From Candidatus Latescibacterota bacterium (GTDB lineage Bacteria; Latescibacterota; UBA2968; GCA-2709665), in NCBI GenBank assembly GCA_963667175.2, contig CAXXXF010000015.1, positions 608,001 to 672,000 of the forward strand: a stretch of 64,000 bases of DNA, written 5' to 3'. A program made the translations under genes and the position numbers. The notes under the pieces were generated by a model. The model was not told where the DNA came from, did not search any database, and was given only the letters and a program-made list of their open reading frames with translations. Positions within the stretch are counted from its first letter, which is position 1. Every line of letters begins with the position of its first letter. Below, piece after piece: positions 9,685 to 19,659 of the stretch.

Positions 9685-12009
9685 ATGGATCTCTCGAAGT
9701 TTCAGGACGACGCCATCGAAACCGAATGGCTGCTCGCGGAATCGGAGCAGGTTGGACCCGTCAGTCTCCCCCTGGACGTCGGCGACTGGGGTCTGGCCAA
9801 CGAAATCCGCGCCGATATCTTCCTCACCGAGGGGGTGGACGACCAGATCTACTGCACCCTCACCTCGGGACATCGCACCGAAGGCATGAGCGAGGACGAC
9901 GGCTATTGGTTCAACGCCATCGTTTCCCCTCGCGGCGGCAACGTCTGGCGGGGCTGGCGGGAATTCCGTTTCCCCGCCGAGTGTTTCTACACCCGGGGCA
10001 TCCCGTCCTCAGGGTGGGGCGACATGTCCTCGGGCGATATCCGTCTGCCGTCCGGAAGCCGCGTCCGGAATATCCGCCTGGTCCGGCGCCGTATCGTAAC
10101 GGGCCCGCGAATGACGGATGATGCCCTCGTCGCCGCGGTCGATCCGAGCTTCCCGGGACTCGAATCCGCGGCTCGGGCTGCGACGAAGAAAGCCCGGCTT
10201 GCGGCAATCGCGGCGCACTTCCGGTCCAGCACCTTCGACCGGAGGCACACGACGCCCGGCCCCGGAACCGACGCAAACATTGAAGAGGCGGACCGGATCC
10301 TGGCCGGTTACATCATGGACCACCATTGGCCCGACGGCGTGGACTGGGACGCCAACCCCTACGGATATATCGAATGGTCCATCATCATCCACGCTTTCTA
10401 CTACTTCAAATCGCTTGAACAGGCATGGGCAACAACCCTCGACCCGAAATACGCAAAGGGAATCGAATCCATCCTGCGCGACTGGCTGCGCAAAACACCC
10501 GTGCCCTTCGGCGTCCGCGCGGGCGGCCTGGCCTGGGGACATTCGCTGATCGTCAGCATGCGGTCGTTCAATACGCTCGTCGATGCCTTCACGGTGCTGT
10601 GCGACTGTCCCGAAACCGAAGACCGGACGATCCTGGACCTGCTCAAATCCATCTACGAACACGCCGTCTACCTTTTGAAATTCGAGTCCTTCCCGCCCTC
10701 CAACAAAACCATATCGGAAGGCAGGTCCCTGCTCGCGACCGCCTGCTCCTTCCCGGAATTCAACGTATCCGAATCCTGGTACGAGGCCGCCAGCCGGCGG
10801 CTTCTGGACGATATGAACATCCAGGTGATGCCGGACGGCGCATCATACGAACTCACCCCGGGCTATCAGATCTCGATCGCCTCCTGGTTCCTCGACGCTT
10901 ATAACGTGGCTGGAAAGTTCGACCGGCAGCTCGATCCCGAACTGGAAGCCGGCATCCGGCGCATGTACGACTGGTGCGTCTCCATCAACCGGCCCGACTT
11001 CACCTTCCCATCCGTCTCCGACGCCGGCAGCCTGGATGGAAAGTTCGGCGACGCGCTCGCCCGTCCGGGCGGCATTCTCAACGACGAACACGCCACCTGG
11101 ATCGGTAGCGAGGGCGAAGAAGGCAACCCGCCGGAGTACGCCTCCATCGCACACCCGGACTCCGGTTACTTCGTCATGCGCAGCGGCTGGGATCGGGACG
11201 CCCGCTACATGCTGTTCGAAGGAGGGCCATACGGTCGTTTTCACCAGCACGAAGATATGCTTTCGTTCGATCTGTACTCCCACGGCCTGCCCTTTATCGT
11301 AGACCCGGGAATCACCTCGTACTACCCGAACCCGTGGACGTCGTTCTACCGGACAACCGAAGCGCACAACACGGTGCTCGTGGACGGCTGCGGGCAGAAC
11401 CGCCGGGCCCAGTCCATCGCCGAATGGGTGGAATCCGCCCGGGAACGGACGGTGTGGCGCTCCGACGACCGCTGCGACGTGGCCATGGCGACGTACGACG
11501 CGGGTTATGCCGGGCTGGACGCGGCCGTCGCCCATCGCCGGGTTGTCATGTTCGTCAAGCCCGATTACTTCCTGATCTTCGACGAACTCGCGGGCGAAGG
11601 CCGCCATACGTACGAGGCGCTCTTCCACTTCATGCCCTACCGCGTGCTGATCGACCCCGACACCGGCGCCGCCCGGACGGGGCGCATGCATCCGCCGAAC
11701 CTGGAAGTGGTGCCCCTCGTCAAAATGACCCCGCGCCTGGTCTGCGGCAGCAACGATCCGGTCCAGGGCTGGCTCGCCATCAGCGAGCAGGACGTTCCAG
11801 CGCCGGTCGTCATCTACAAAAAAAGGGCGACACTGCCCTTACGGACCGGGTACGCTCTCGTGCCCTTTACCGAAGGCGTCAGCGCGCGCCTCACGCCACG
11901 GATAACGCGTCGCGGCGACACCTGGAACGTGCGCATCGCGCGGCCGGACGGGACGATCGATCGGATCAACATGGACTGGCCCGACAGCAATGGTCCTGTG
12001 CTTGTGTAA
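9685..12009 (+). CDS. Heparinase II/III-family polysaccharide lyase-like protein
   Basis: AGGAGG RBS before ATG 9685. DGASYELTPGY, SGYFVMRSGW, HQHEDMLSF, IVDPG and TEAHNTVLVDG motifs. Candidate promoter TTGAAC-17-TAAATT at 9634-9662. Confidence 0.88.
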   Translation: MDLSKFQDDAIETEWLLAESEQVGPVSLPLDVGDWGLANEIRADIFLTEGVDDQIYCTLTSGHRTEGMSEDDGYWFNAIVSPRGGNVWRGWREFRFPAECFYTRGIPSSGWGDMSSGDIRLPSGSRVRNIRLVRRRIVTGPRMTDDALVAAVDPSFPGLESAARAATKKARLAAIAAHFRSSTFDRRHTTPGPGTDANIEEADRILAGYIMDHHWPDGVDWDANPYGYIEWSIIIHAFYYFKSLEQAWATTLDPKYAKGIESILRDWLRKTPVPFGVRAGGLAWGHSLIVSMRSFNTLVDAFTVLCDCPETEDRTILDLLKSIYEHAVYLLKFESFPPSNKTISEGRSLLATACSFPEFNVSESWYEAASRRLLDDMNIQVMPDGASYELTPGYQISIASWFLDAYNVAGKFDRQLDPELEAGIRRMYDWCVSINRPDFTFPSVSDAGSLDGKFGDALARPGGILNDEHATWIGSEGEEGNPPEYASIAHPDSGYFVMRSGWDRDARYMLFEGGPYGRFHQHEDMLSFDLYSHGLPFIVDPGITSYYPNPWTSFYRTTEAHNTVLVDGCGQNRRAQSIAEWVESARERTVWRSDDRCDVAMATYDAGYAGLDAAVAHRRVVMFVKPDYFLIFDELAGEGRHTYEALFHFMPYRVLIDPDTGAARTGRMHPPNLEVVPLVKMTPRLVCGSNDPVQGWLAISEQDVPAPVVIYKKRATLPLRTGYALVPFTEGVSARLTPRITRRGDTWNVRIARPDGTIDRINMDWPDSNGPVLV

Positions 12010-12053
12010 GCTCCCCAACCCACAGAGCATCAAGACCCCGAGTAAGGAGGTTG

Positions 12054-12236
12054 ATGGTGAAAATGCCAGAATACACCTTCTGGCAGGACGGTCCGATGTA
12101 TGTCGGATATCTTGATGAGTATCCCGACTATCGGACACAGGGCGAGACTACGGATGAATTGAAGGGGAATTTGATCGACATCTACAATGAACTGACAGGC
12201 GGCGCCATTCCATGCGTGCGGGGGCTTGCCGGCTGA
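12054..12236 (+). CDS. HicB-family antitoxin-like protein (no adjacent hicA)
   Basis: TAAGGAGG RBS; YTFWQDGPMYVGYLDEYPDYRTQGETTDELKGNLIDIY. The exact start (12054, 12057 or 12063) is uncertain. Confidence 0.75.
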   Translation: MVKMPEYTFWQDGPMYVGYLDEYPDYRTQGETTDELKGNLIDIYNELTGGAIPCVRGLAG

Positions 12237-12270
12237 ACGAATCTCGTAACTCCCTCTTTTGGAGAAACCA

Positions 12271-13947
12271 ATGCAGCCCAACTATGACGTTGACATGAGC
12301 CTGGACGTAAAGGTCCCCATGCGCGATGGAGTAAATCTCTCGGCGGACGTTTACCTGCCGCGTACACGCGGGAGATTCCCCACTGTCCTCATGCGTACTC
12401 CCTATAGCAATAACGCCGATCCGATGGTCGAAAAGGCCAGGCGGCTCGCGAACGACGGATACGCCTGCGTCCTGCAGGATTGCCGCGGGCGCTGGGACTC
12501 CGAAGGCGCCTATTATGCGTTCCGGGAAGGAGAAGACGGGTACGATACCCAGGAGTGGATCGGGGCCCGGGAATGGTGCGACGGCAACGTCGGCATGGCC
12601 GGAAGTTCCTACGGCGGGACGGTGCAGTGGCGCAGCGCGCCGTACCGGAGCCGCTATCTGAAATGCATCGCACCCAGGGTGATCTGCACCGATTATTACA
12701 CGGGTCTCGTCCACCCCGGCGGCGCCTTCCAGCTCAACGTGCTGCTGACCTGGGGCATGCGTACCAACGCCCGCACCGGCCAGACCATCGAGTTTCACAA
12801 CTGGACCGAAGCCTTCCGGGCGCTACCGCTCGAGAAAATGGACGAACACGCAGGCCGCAATCTGGCCTTCTGGAAAGACTGGGTCGAACACGACGCGTAC
12901 GACGACTACTGGGAGGAATTCAACGACGAAACCCGGTGGCGCGACATTGCAGCCCCCGCGTTCAATATGGGCGGCTGGTACGACCTCTATGCCGCGCAGA
13001 CGTTCAGCAACTACAACGGGCTTCGCCTGAACGGCGGGTCGGAAGAGGCAAGGAAGAGCAAACTCATTGTCGGTCCGTGGCCGCATGCGCTCAGCGCGTC
13101 GCCGAAGACAGGCGACGTCGATTTCGGGGCGCCTTCCATGGTCGATCTCGAAAGCCTGGAACAGCGCTGGTTCGACTATTGGCTCAAGGGCATCGACAAC
13201 GGCATTGCGGACGAACCGCCGTTGCGGCTGTTCATCATGGGCGTCAACCGGTGGCGCGACGAATTCGAGTGGCCCCTCGCGCGGACCCAATGGCAAAAGT
13301 GGCGCCTGCATTCCGCCGGGCAGGCCAACACGTTGCTTGGCGACGGCTGCCTGTCAGTCGAATCGCCGGCGCAGGAATCCCCGGACCGCTTCACGTACGA
13401 TCCCCGCTACCCGGTACCGACCATGGGCGGCAACAACTGCTGCTCTCCACATATCGTGCCATGGGGGCCGCAGGACCAGCGGCCGGTGGAAATGCGGAGC
13501 GACGTGCTCTGCTATACCAGCGACCCTATGCAAGCTGACCTGGAGGTCACGGGACCCGTTAAAGCGGTCGTTTACGCCGCCACAGACTGTACGGACACGG
13601 ACTGGACCGCCAAGCTGGTGGACGTGTCGCCATCCGGGTACGCAATGAACCTCTGCGACGGCATCCTGAGAGCCCGCTTCCGGGAAAGCCTTACAGACCC
13701 GACTCTGCTAGAACCCGGCAACGTCTACGCCTATGAGATCGACCTGGGCGTCACCGGAAACGTCTTCAGGAAAGGCCACCGCATCCGCCTCGAGGTCTCG
13801 TCGTCGAACTTCCCGCGGTTCGACCGGAATCTCAACACGGGCGGTTCCCTCGGCAGCGAGACCGGGATGCGCCAGGCCCATCAAACCGTCCATCACTCCC
13901 GACAATATCCATCCCATATTGTCCTGCCGGTAATCCCCGCAACGTAG
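12271..13947 (+). CDS. CocE/NonD family hydrolase (peptidase S15)
   Basis: MRDGVNLSADVYLP, RTPY, QDCRGRWDSEG, GSSYGG nucleophile, GGWYD, GPWPH and SSNFPRFDRN. Confidence 0.95.
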   Translation: MQPNYDVDMSLDVKVPMRDGVNLSADVYLPRTRGRFPTVLMRTPYSNNADPMVEKARRLANDGYACVLQDCRGRWDSEGAYYAFREGEDGYDTQEWIGAREWCDGNVGMAGSSYGGTVQWRSAPYRSRYLKCIAPRVICTDYYTGLVHPGGAFQLNVLLTWGMRTNARTGQTIEFHNWTEAFRALPLEKMDEHAGRNLAFWKDWVEHDAYDDYWEEFNDETRWRDIAAPAFNMGGWYDLYAAQTFSNYNGLRLNGGSEEARKSKLIVGPWPHALSASPKTGDVDFGAPSMVDLESLEQRWFDYWLKGIDNGIADEPPLRLFIMGVNRWRDEFEWPLARTQWQKWRLHSAGQANTLLGDGCLSVESPAQESPDRFTYDPRYPVPTMGGNNCCSPHIVPWGPQDQRPVEMRSDVLCYTSDPMQADLEVTGPVKAVVYAATDCTDTDWTAKLVDVSPSGYAMNLCDGILRARFRESLTDPTLLEPGNVYAYEIDLGVTGNVFRKGHRIRLEVSSSNFPRFDRNLNTGGSLGSETGMRQAHQTVHHSRQYPSHIVLPVIPAT

Positions 13948-14020
13948 CGTTAAAGACCCACCGAGACGCCTGCGAGGTGCTGCCGGCCCGACCCGTTCCG
14001 AACGAAGAGGACTTCCGGAC

Positions 14021-15409
14021 ATGCCCGAACCCCATCTGGTCATTGCCATCCCGGACAAGAGCTTCGGTTTCGTTCCCGGCCAGCGGGTCTCCATCGACGT
14101 CCACGTGATCGGGCTCGATAAGCAGACGGTCCGCGTCCGGTTCGCGGTCAACGATCCCCTGGGCGCGACGCGGTTTTCATTTCGGGAAGTGGAACGGGAC
14201 CTCGACGGTGGGCACACGGTACTCCCGTTCGAATGCGACCTCGAATCCGACTTTCCGCCTGGCGCCTATCTCGTCACCGCGCATGTCCTTTCCAGTGCAC
14301 AGAATTTCAGAGCCATCGCCACCGAGTCCTTCGAGGTGGTCGCGCCCGGGCGCCGCCTGCCCGACGGCTTTCCGGTTGCGCCGCGAGACCGCATCATCGA
14401 TGCGAGCTACGTGTTCGACTCGACAGGTCCGGAAACACTGGCGAGGGCTTTCCAGACGGCGCATACGGCGTGTGAAGCGTGCCGCAATCCGGACGGCGGA
14501 TGGGGCCGGAGCCCGGATGCGGAAAAACCCGCGTACCGCTCGCCGGCGAATGTCACCCTGGGTTATCTGTACGGTTACGAGGCACTCGGCGACGAGCAAT
14601 ATGGAAAGCTCGCTCTGGGCGGCCTGGACTATCTCCTTTCGGAGCAGGAAGAGAACGGCGCCTTCCGATGGTGGTACAAAGCTGTCCCCGGCGGCGTGAT
14701 GAACCAGCGCGACAACTTCTATGACACGGGCTGGGCCGGGCTGGCGCTCGCCGAGGGATTTCGCGTTACGGGCGAGGCGAAATACCTCGATGCCGTTCGA
14801 AGGGCCGCTGACTGGACGATGACCTGCCCGTTTACGGGAAACAACAACTACGATGCATTCGCCCTCTGGTTTCTCTCCCTGCTGTATGACGTTACAGGAG
14901 AAGAAAAATACCTGGACACGGCCGTCTGGCGGACAAATGGCGGTGTTTTCTTCGCGCAGCTTCCCAGGGGCGGATGGCCGGGTCATAACTTCCATATCGG
15001 CTATCAATCCATTACCGCCAACGGCCTTGCGTCCCTGTTCGACGTGCTCCCCCGGGACCATCCGTTCTCCGATCCGCTCAGGGATCGCCTCTGCGCGGCC
15101 CTCAATTTCGCCACATTCCTGCAGACGGAGACGGGGGACTATTGCATGGGTTGGGAATATGACCGTGACTTCCGTCTCGACGGCGCGGGACGGCCCGCGG
15201 GAAACACGGTACCCGCCCGGGCCGAGCTCGTTCGCGCCTTTTACAAGACCCGCGCCCGCCTGGATGTGCCGGTCAATATCCTCAACGGGCTCTGCCGTTC
15301 CACCATCGCCAGAATCGAATCCCTTGAGGATCGCTCCGAAGACGGCCGGACCGAGCACACCTGCCTGATGGATATCGGCACGCTCCTCAAATGGCGCCAC
15401 AACAAATGA
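14021..15409 (+). CDS. Hypothetical protein: N-terminal beta-sandwich plus alpha/alpha-toroid-like domain
   Basis: GAGG RBS. Repeated LLSEQEENGAF, AQLPRGGW, FLQTETGDY and TGEAKYLDA-type helical repeats. Confidence 0.65.
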   Translation: MPEPHLVIAIPDKSFGFVPGQRVSIDVHVIGLDKQTVRVRFAVNDPLGATRFSFREVERDLDGGHTVLPFECDLESDFPPGAYLVTAHVLSSAQNFRAIATESFEVVAPGRRLPDGFPVAPRDRIIDASYVFDSTGPETLARAFQTAHTACEACRNPDGGWGRSPDAEKPAYRSPANVTLGYLYGYEALGDEQYGKLALGGLDYLLSEQEENGAFRWWYKAVPGGVMNQRDNFYDTGWAGLALAEGFRVTGEAKYLDAVRRAADWTMTCPFTGNNNYDAFALWFLSLLYDVTGEEKYLDTAVWRTNGGVFFAQLPRGGWPGHNFHIGYQSITANGLASLFDVLPRDHPFSDPLRDRLCAALNFATFLQTETGDYCMGWEYDRDFRLDGAGRPAGNTVPARAELVRAFYKTRARLDVPVNILNGLCRSTIARIESLEDRSEDGRTEHTCLMDIGTLLKWRHNK

Positions 15410-15483
15410 GGCACGGCTCGCGCCGTGCCTTGAATTTCTCCGATTGGACCCGTGAGCCCGTGCTCCCAACAGCCCGGTCGGCG

Positions 15484-16371
15484 TCACCTCGGCGCCACTT
15501 CAATCTCGAACAGCTTCGGCCATCGCTTCCCGGTCACGAACAGGCGCTTCCCTCCCGGATCGTAGGCGATTCCGTTCAGCGCGGCATCCGCGCCGAGCCG
15601 TTCCCGCCCTGCCATTAATCCGGTCAGATCGATCCAGCCCAACACCCGGCCGGACTCAGGGTCGATTCTGGCGATCAAATCCGATTCCCAGACGTTCGCA
15701 TAGACCTCGCCGTCAACGTATTCCAGTTCATTCAGGCGGGTCACGGGTCCCCTATCGTCCCGCACCTCCACCCGCCCGACCTCCTGAAACGTCTCCGGAT
15801 CCCTGAAAGACAGCGTGGGCGTTCCATCGCTGACGATCAGCCGCCGGCCGTCGTGCGTAATTCCCCACCCCTCGGTGGTATAGGTGAATGACCGAATGCG
15901 TTCGAATGTTTCCTTGTTGTAGACAAATCCGGTCCTCGCCACCCAGGTCAGCTGAATGACGTGGTTTCCGAAGATCGTAATCCCTTCGCCGAAATAGCGG
16001 GATTCCATCGGCTGGAACCGGATGACACGGCCTGTTTCCAGCACGACCTTGCGCAAGGAGGACCGCCCGTAGAGCCCGGTTCCCTCGAACAGGAAGCCGT
16101 TCTCATAGACGAGACCCTGGGTAAACGCGCCGGGATCGTGAGGGTAGGTATGTCTTACGCGGAACGTGTATTGTCGCGGCTTCCCGATCGAATCCTGATG
16201 GGAAGAAACGACCCTGTGTCCGGATGCGGCGTGGAGGGCGCTCGAATCCGCCCCCCGCACTTCCACCACGGCGGACGCGACGAAAACAAACAGAATAATT
16301 CCATGCAAATGGAAAATGCCTGGAAATCGGGAATGCGAGTGCTGTGTTTTGCTTCGAGACTGCGAGGTCAT
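15484..16371 (-). CDS. Glutaminyl-peptide cyclotransferase
   Basis: PHDPGAFTQGL, FGEGIT, EGWGIT, LNELEY, LNGIAYD and VTGKRWP. N-terminal hydrophobic segment. Confidence 0.95.
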   Translation of the reverse strand: MTSQSRSKTQHSHSRFPGIFHLHGIILFVFVASAVVEVRGADSSALHAASGHRVVSSHQDSIGKPRQYTFRVRHTYPHDPGAFTQGLVYENGFLFEGTGLYGRSSLRKVVLETGRVIRFQPMESRYFGEGITIFGNHVIQLTWVARTGFVYNKETFERIRSFTYTTEGWGITHDGRRLIVSDGTPTLSFRDPETFQEVGRVEVRDDRGPVTRLNELEYVDGEVYANVWESDLIARIDPESGRVLGWIDLTGLMAGRERLGADAALNGIAYDPGGKRLFVTGKRWPKLFEIEVAPR

Positions 16372-16395
16372 TTCTATCTGTGTTTTTCTTGATTT

Positions 16396-16842
16396 TCATT
16401 TTTTACTTTGCTGCGATGCCGAGGGATCGCCCTCGATCCACTCTTCGCCGTCCGTCCACACTTCCTTCTTCCAGATCGGCACGGTTTCCTTCAATCGGTC
16501 AATCGCGTAGTGACAGGCTTCCAGAGCGGCTTTGCGGTGCGGCGCCGAGATCGCAATCAACACGCTGGTCTCGCCAATTTCCAATCGCCCAACCCGATGC
16601 AGCATCCCCACCCGGTCCACCTCCCACTTCTCTTTCACCTCGCCGCCGATTTCCGCCATCTTCATTTCGGCCATCTCCCTGTAGGCGTCGTAAACCAGGT
16701 ATCTGGTCCGCCGGCCCTGCGACTGGTTCCGCACCACCCCGGCGAAGGTCGCCACCGCGCCGTCCGATTCTCTCAACACGGTATCGTGCAGCGCGTCGGG
16801 CTGTATGGCCTCTCCCTGAATGCGATACAGATCAGCGGACAT
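16396..16842 (-). CDS. moaE: Molybdopterin synthase catalytic subunit
   Basis: GAVATFAGVVRN, HRVGRLEIGE, SAPHR and LKETVPIWKKE. GGAGG lies upstream of ATG 16842. Confidence 0.95.
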   Translation of the reverse strand: MSADLYRIQGEAIQPDALHDTVLRESDGAVATFAGVVRNQSQGRRTRYLVYDAYREMAEMKMAEIGGEVKEKWEVDRVGMLHRVGRLEIGETSVLIAISAPHRKAALEACHYAIDRLKETVPIWKKEVWTDGEEWIEGDPSASQQSKK

Positions 16843-17134
16843 GGGACCTTCCTCCCCGCGATTCGCCTGTCGCAACGCCGCCCGCGGCCGCTCCCCCGCT
16901 TACCGGCGGGATGAGCGCCGCCTCATCCCCGTCTTGGAGCGGCTGCGACCGGTCCACGTACGCCTGGTTAACCGACACCATCAGACTGGCTTCCATCTCC
17001 GTAAAGCGGGGGTGATCCGCCGCCAGCCGCGCCAGCAGATCGGACACACTTGCGCCATCGGACATGGTAATCGACGTCTGGCTTTTTCCGACAAGGTCTC
17101 TGCACGACGCGAAAAACAAGACTTTAATCTCCAT
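16832..17134 (-). CDS. moaD: MoaD/ThiS-family sulfur carrier with C-terminal extension
   Basis: IKVLFFAS...SVNQAYV...DGDEAALIPPVSGG, followed by 19 extra residues. Confidence 0.88.
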   Translation of the reverse strand: MEIKVLFFASCRDLVGKSQTSITMSDGASVSDLLARLAADHPRFTEMEASLMVSVNQAYVDRSQPLQDGDEAALIPPVSGGAAAGGVATGESRGGRSHVR

Positions 17135-17184
17135 CGGCCGTCCTCTGACCCGCACCGCTGGAAGCATACGACAAGATCGATCCG

Positions 17185-18165
17185 TTAACGCACCCGGCTC
17201 AGCCTGTCATTTTCCGTCACCCCGGGCCTTCGCCCCCGCTTGGCCACGGGCCGGGAATCGACTGCCTTGATATCGCACGTAAAGTCGATGGGGGACGCGC
17301 CGCTGATCGCGCTGCCCACGCCGAACCCGTCCACCGCGGATCCTGCCGCAACGAACTCCCGGATGCGTTCCGGCGTCATTCCGCCGCTTACGTAGATCTT
17401 CACGTCCGGATGCCCGGCGCGGTCCAGCCTGCTTCGAACCCGACTCACGAGACCGGGGGTCACGCCGCCCAGTTCGGAGGGTGTATCCAGGCGCACGCCC
17501 AGCAGCCGTTCTCCCATGGCTCCGGCCAACCGAACGCTTTCCTCCGCTTCATCCTTGAAGGTATCCACCAGCACAATCCGATGGATCGACCCGGGCATGT
17601 GCCGGTCGAAGGCTTGTGCCGCCGTCAATGTGTCTCCCATGATCAACATCAGGGCATGCGGCATCGTACCCGTTGCTTCCTGACCTGCCAGCCGCGCCCC
17701 CGCGGGAGTGGCGCAACCCGAGCAGCCTCCAACCAGAGCCGAATATTCCATCACATCCGAAATCGCAGGATGGACGTGCCTCGCGCCGAAGCTGATCACG
17801 GGAATGCCCGCCGCCGCGGCCACGCATGCCCGGGCCGCCGTTGCCCACCCGCTCTTCTGCGCGAGCGTACCGAGATAGGCGGTCTCATAGATGCCGAAGC
17901 TGCTGTACCGCGCCTGAATCCGAAGCACGACTTCCTTGCGGAACATCGGCTGACCCTCGCCCAGCGCCCAAACGGACGCGTTATCGGGCCACGCCGCTTC
18001 GAGGTTTTCCAGGACCTCGGTCATGCCGCAAAGGATACCGTCCCCGGTCGGAAACACCTCCATCGTCACAACGGGATCGATCGCTTCCCGCGCCAGAACC
18101 TCGCGGGTATTCAGAAAGTAGAGATCGGACCGATCTTCGTCGAAAAACGCCCTCTTCGGCAGCAT
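17185..18165 (-). CDS. pncB: Nicotinate phosphoribosyltransferase
   Basis: SDLYF, SFGARHVHP, GTMPHAL, LVDTFKDE, VRLDTP, YVSGG, GFGVGS and AKRGR. An alternative start lies at 18198. Confidence 0.88.
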   Translation of the reverse strand: MLPKRAFFDEDRSDLYFLNTREVLAREAIDPVVTMEVFPTGDGILCGMTEVLENLEAAWPDNASVWALGEGQPMFRKEVVLRIQARYSSFGIYETAYLGTLAQKSGWATAARACVAAAAGIPVISFGARHVHPAISDVMEYSALVGGCSGCATPAGARLAGQEATGTMPHALMLIMGDTLTAAQAFDRHMPGSIHRIVLVDTFKDEAEESVRLAGAMGERLLGVRLDTPSELGGVTPGLVSRVRSRLDRAGHPDVKIYVSGGMTPERIREFVAAGSAVDGFGVGSAISGASPIDFTCDIKAVDSRPVAKRGRRPGVTENDRLSRVR

Positions 18166-18227
18166 GGGTTCGTCCCGTGAGGACTCAGCAGTCGTCATTC
18201 CGGCACAAGCGGCGCCGCGCGGCACGC

Positions 18228-19058
18228 TCAGTTTTTCCCGGCTTTCAGCCGCTCCTGCATCGCTTCCACGTATGAGAGCGGGACGTCCACACTGCCGATC
18301 ATCGGATCCCCTCTGCCGTCGCCGTGGCAGTCCGAACCCCCCGTACACAAGAGGTCGTTCTCCGCTGCAATCCTGGAATAACGGGCGACGTGCGACGCAT
18401 CATGCTTGGTGTGGCGCACCTCGATGCCATCGAGTCCGTCGGACACCATGCCCGCAATCAGGTCGTCTCTTCGGTACAGTCCGGGGTGCGCAAGACAGGC
18501 CAGCCCGCCCGCAGCCCTGATGACCTGGATAGCACTGAACGGCGACTGCGAATACTTGCCTGCATACGCCGGTTTCGAGTACCCCAGGTACCTGTGAAAC
18601 GCTTCGTCGACCGAAGAGACCATGCCTTCTTCCACCATCACGTCGGCGATATGCGGACGTCCGATCGCGCCGGGCCCCGCCCTGGTCAGGACCTTTTCCA
18701 GGGGCACCCGGAGCCCCATACGGTTCAACTTCCCCACCATCCGTTCCGCACGTTGCAACCTCGCCTGTCGAAACGTGTCAAGCCATGCGATCAGGTCCGG
18801 ATGACCGGCGTCGATGAAATATCCCAGGATATGCACGTCGGTATTTCCGATCCTGGCACTCAACTCAGTTCCCGGCACGACCTCGACACCCAGCCGCGCG
18901 CCTTCCTCCTGCGCCGCTGCAACACCCTCTGTCGAGTCGTGATCCGTCAGGCTGATCACGCTGAGTCCGGCGGCCGCGGCCCGGCGCGCAACGTCTCGTG
19001 GCGTGAATGTCCCGTCGGAGCACGTCGAGTGCAGATGCAGGTCGATGCGCCCCGTCAT
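18228..19058 (-). CDS. PHP-domain phosphoesterase (TrpH/YciV-like)
   Basis: DLHLHSTCSDG, LTDHD, HILGY, GRPHIA, LAHPG and GGSDCHG. Confidence 0.93.
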   Translation of the reverse strand: MTGRIDLHLHSTCSDGTFTPRDVARRAAAAGLSVISLTDHDSTEGVAAAQEEGARLGVEVVPGTELSARIGNTDVHILGYFIDAGHPDLIAWLDTFRQARLQRAERMVGKLNRMGLRVPLEKVLTRAGPGAIGRPHIADVMVEEGMVSSVDEAFHRYLGYSKPAYAGKYSQSPFSAIQVIRAAGGLACLAHPGLYRRDDLIAGMVSDGLDGIEVRHTKHDASHVARYSRIAAENDLLCTGGSDCHGDGRGDPMIGSVDVPLSYVEAMQERLKAGKN

Positions 19059-19627
19059 GGTCCGGCCTTCGGATTGCCCGCTGGCGCCGGGTCCAAATAG
19101 ATCAACCCGCGCCGCTGGCGGCTGCCCTCACGCTTCAAGGCGACGAGTTGGCTTCGTAGAAGATTCCGTTTGATTGCGCTGAAATGGTCCGTCACCAGAA
19201 CGCCGTTCAGATGATCGACCTCGTGCTGAACCGCACGGGCGGAAATATCCGTCATCTCTACGCAGACGACGTTGCCGTTTCGATCACGGGCATCGACACG
19301 GACCTGCGCCCGGCGGGTTACGTCTCCGACCACCCCCGGCAGGCTCAGGCATCCCTCTTCACCCTCGACCTCGACCTCGCCCTGACTCAATTCGGGATTG
19401 ATCAACACCGCCGGTTCGGCTTCCGGATCGGTGGGGCTCACGTCCAGCACCACCACGCGCAGGCTTACGCCAACCTGGGGCGCCGCGAGCCCGATACCCT
19501 CCGCCGCGTACATCGTCTCGAACATATCGTCCACGAGGATCCGGATCTCTTCCGTAACGGCTTCAACCGGCTGCGCTTTCTTTCTCAGCGTTGGGCATCC
19601 GAATTTCTTGATCTCTAGCAGCGCCAC
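19055..19627 (-). CDS. def: Peptide deformylase
   Basis: GIGLAAPQVG, EGCLS and QHEVDHLNG. Confidence 0.97.
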   Translation of the reverse strand: MALLEIKKFGCPTLRKKAQPVEAVTEEIRILVDDMFETMYAAEGIGLAAPQVGVSLRVVVLDVSPTDPEAEPAVLINPELSQGEVEVEGEEGCLSLPGVVGDVTRRAQVRVDARDRNGNVVCVEMTDISARAVQHEVDHLNGVLVTDHFSAIKRNLLRSQLVALKREGSRQRRGLIYLDPAPAGNPKAGP

Positions 19628-19659
19628 TGTTCAGGTTCCGTATTGTTGAGCGTCGGCGC

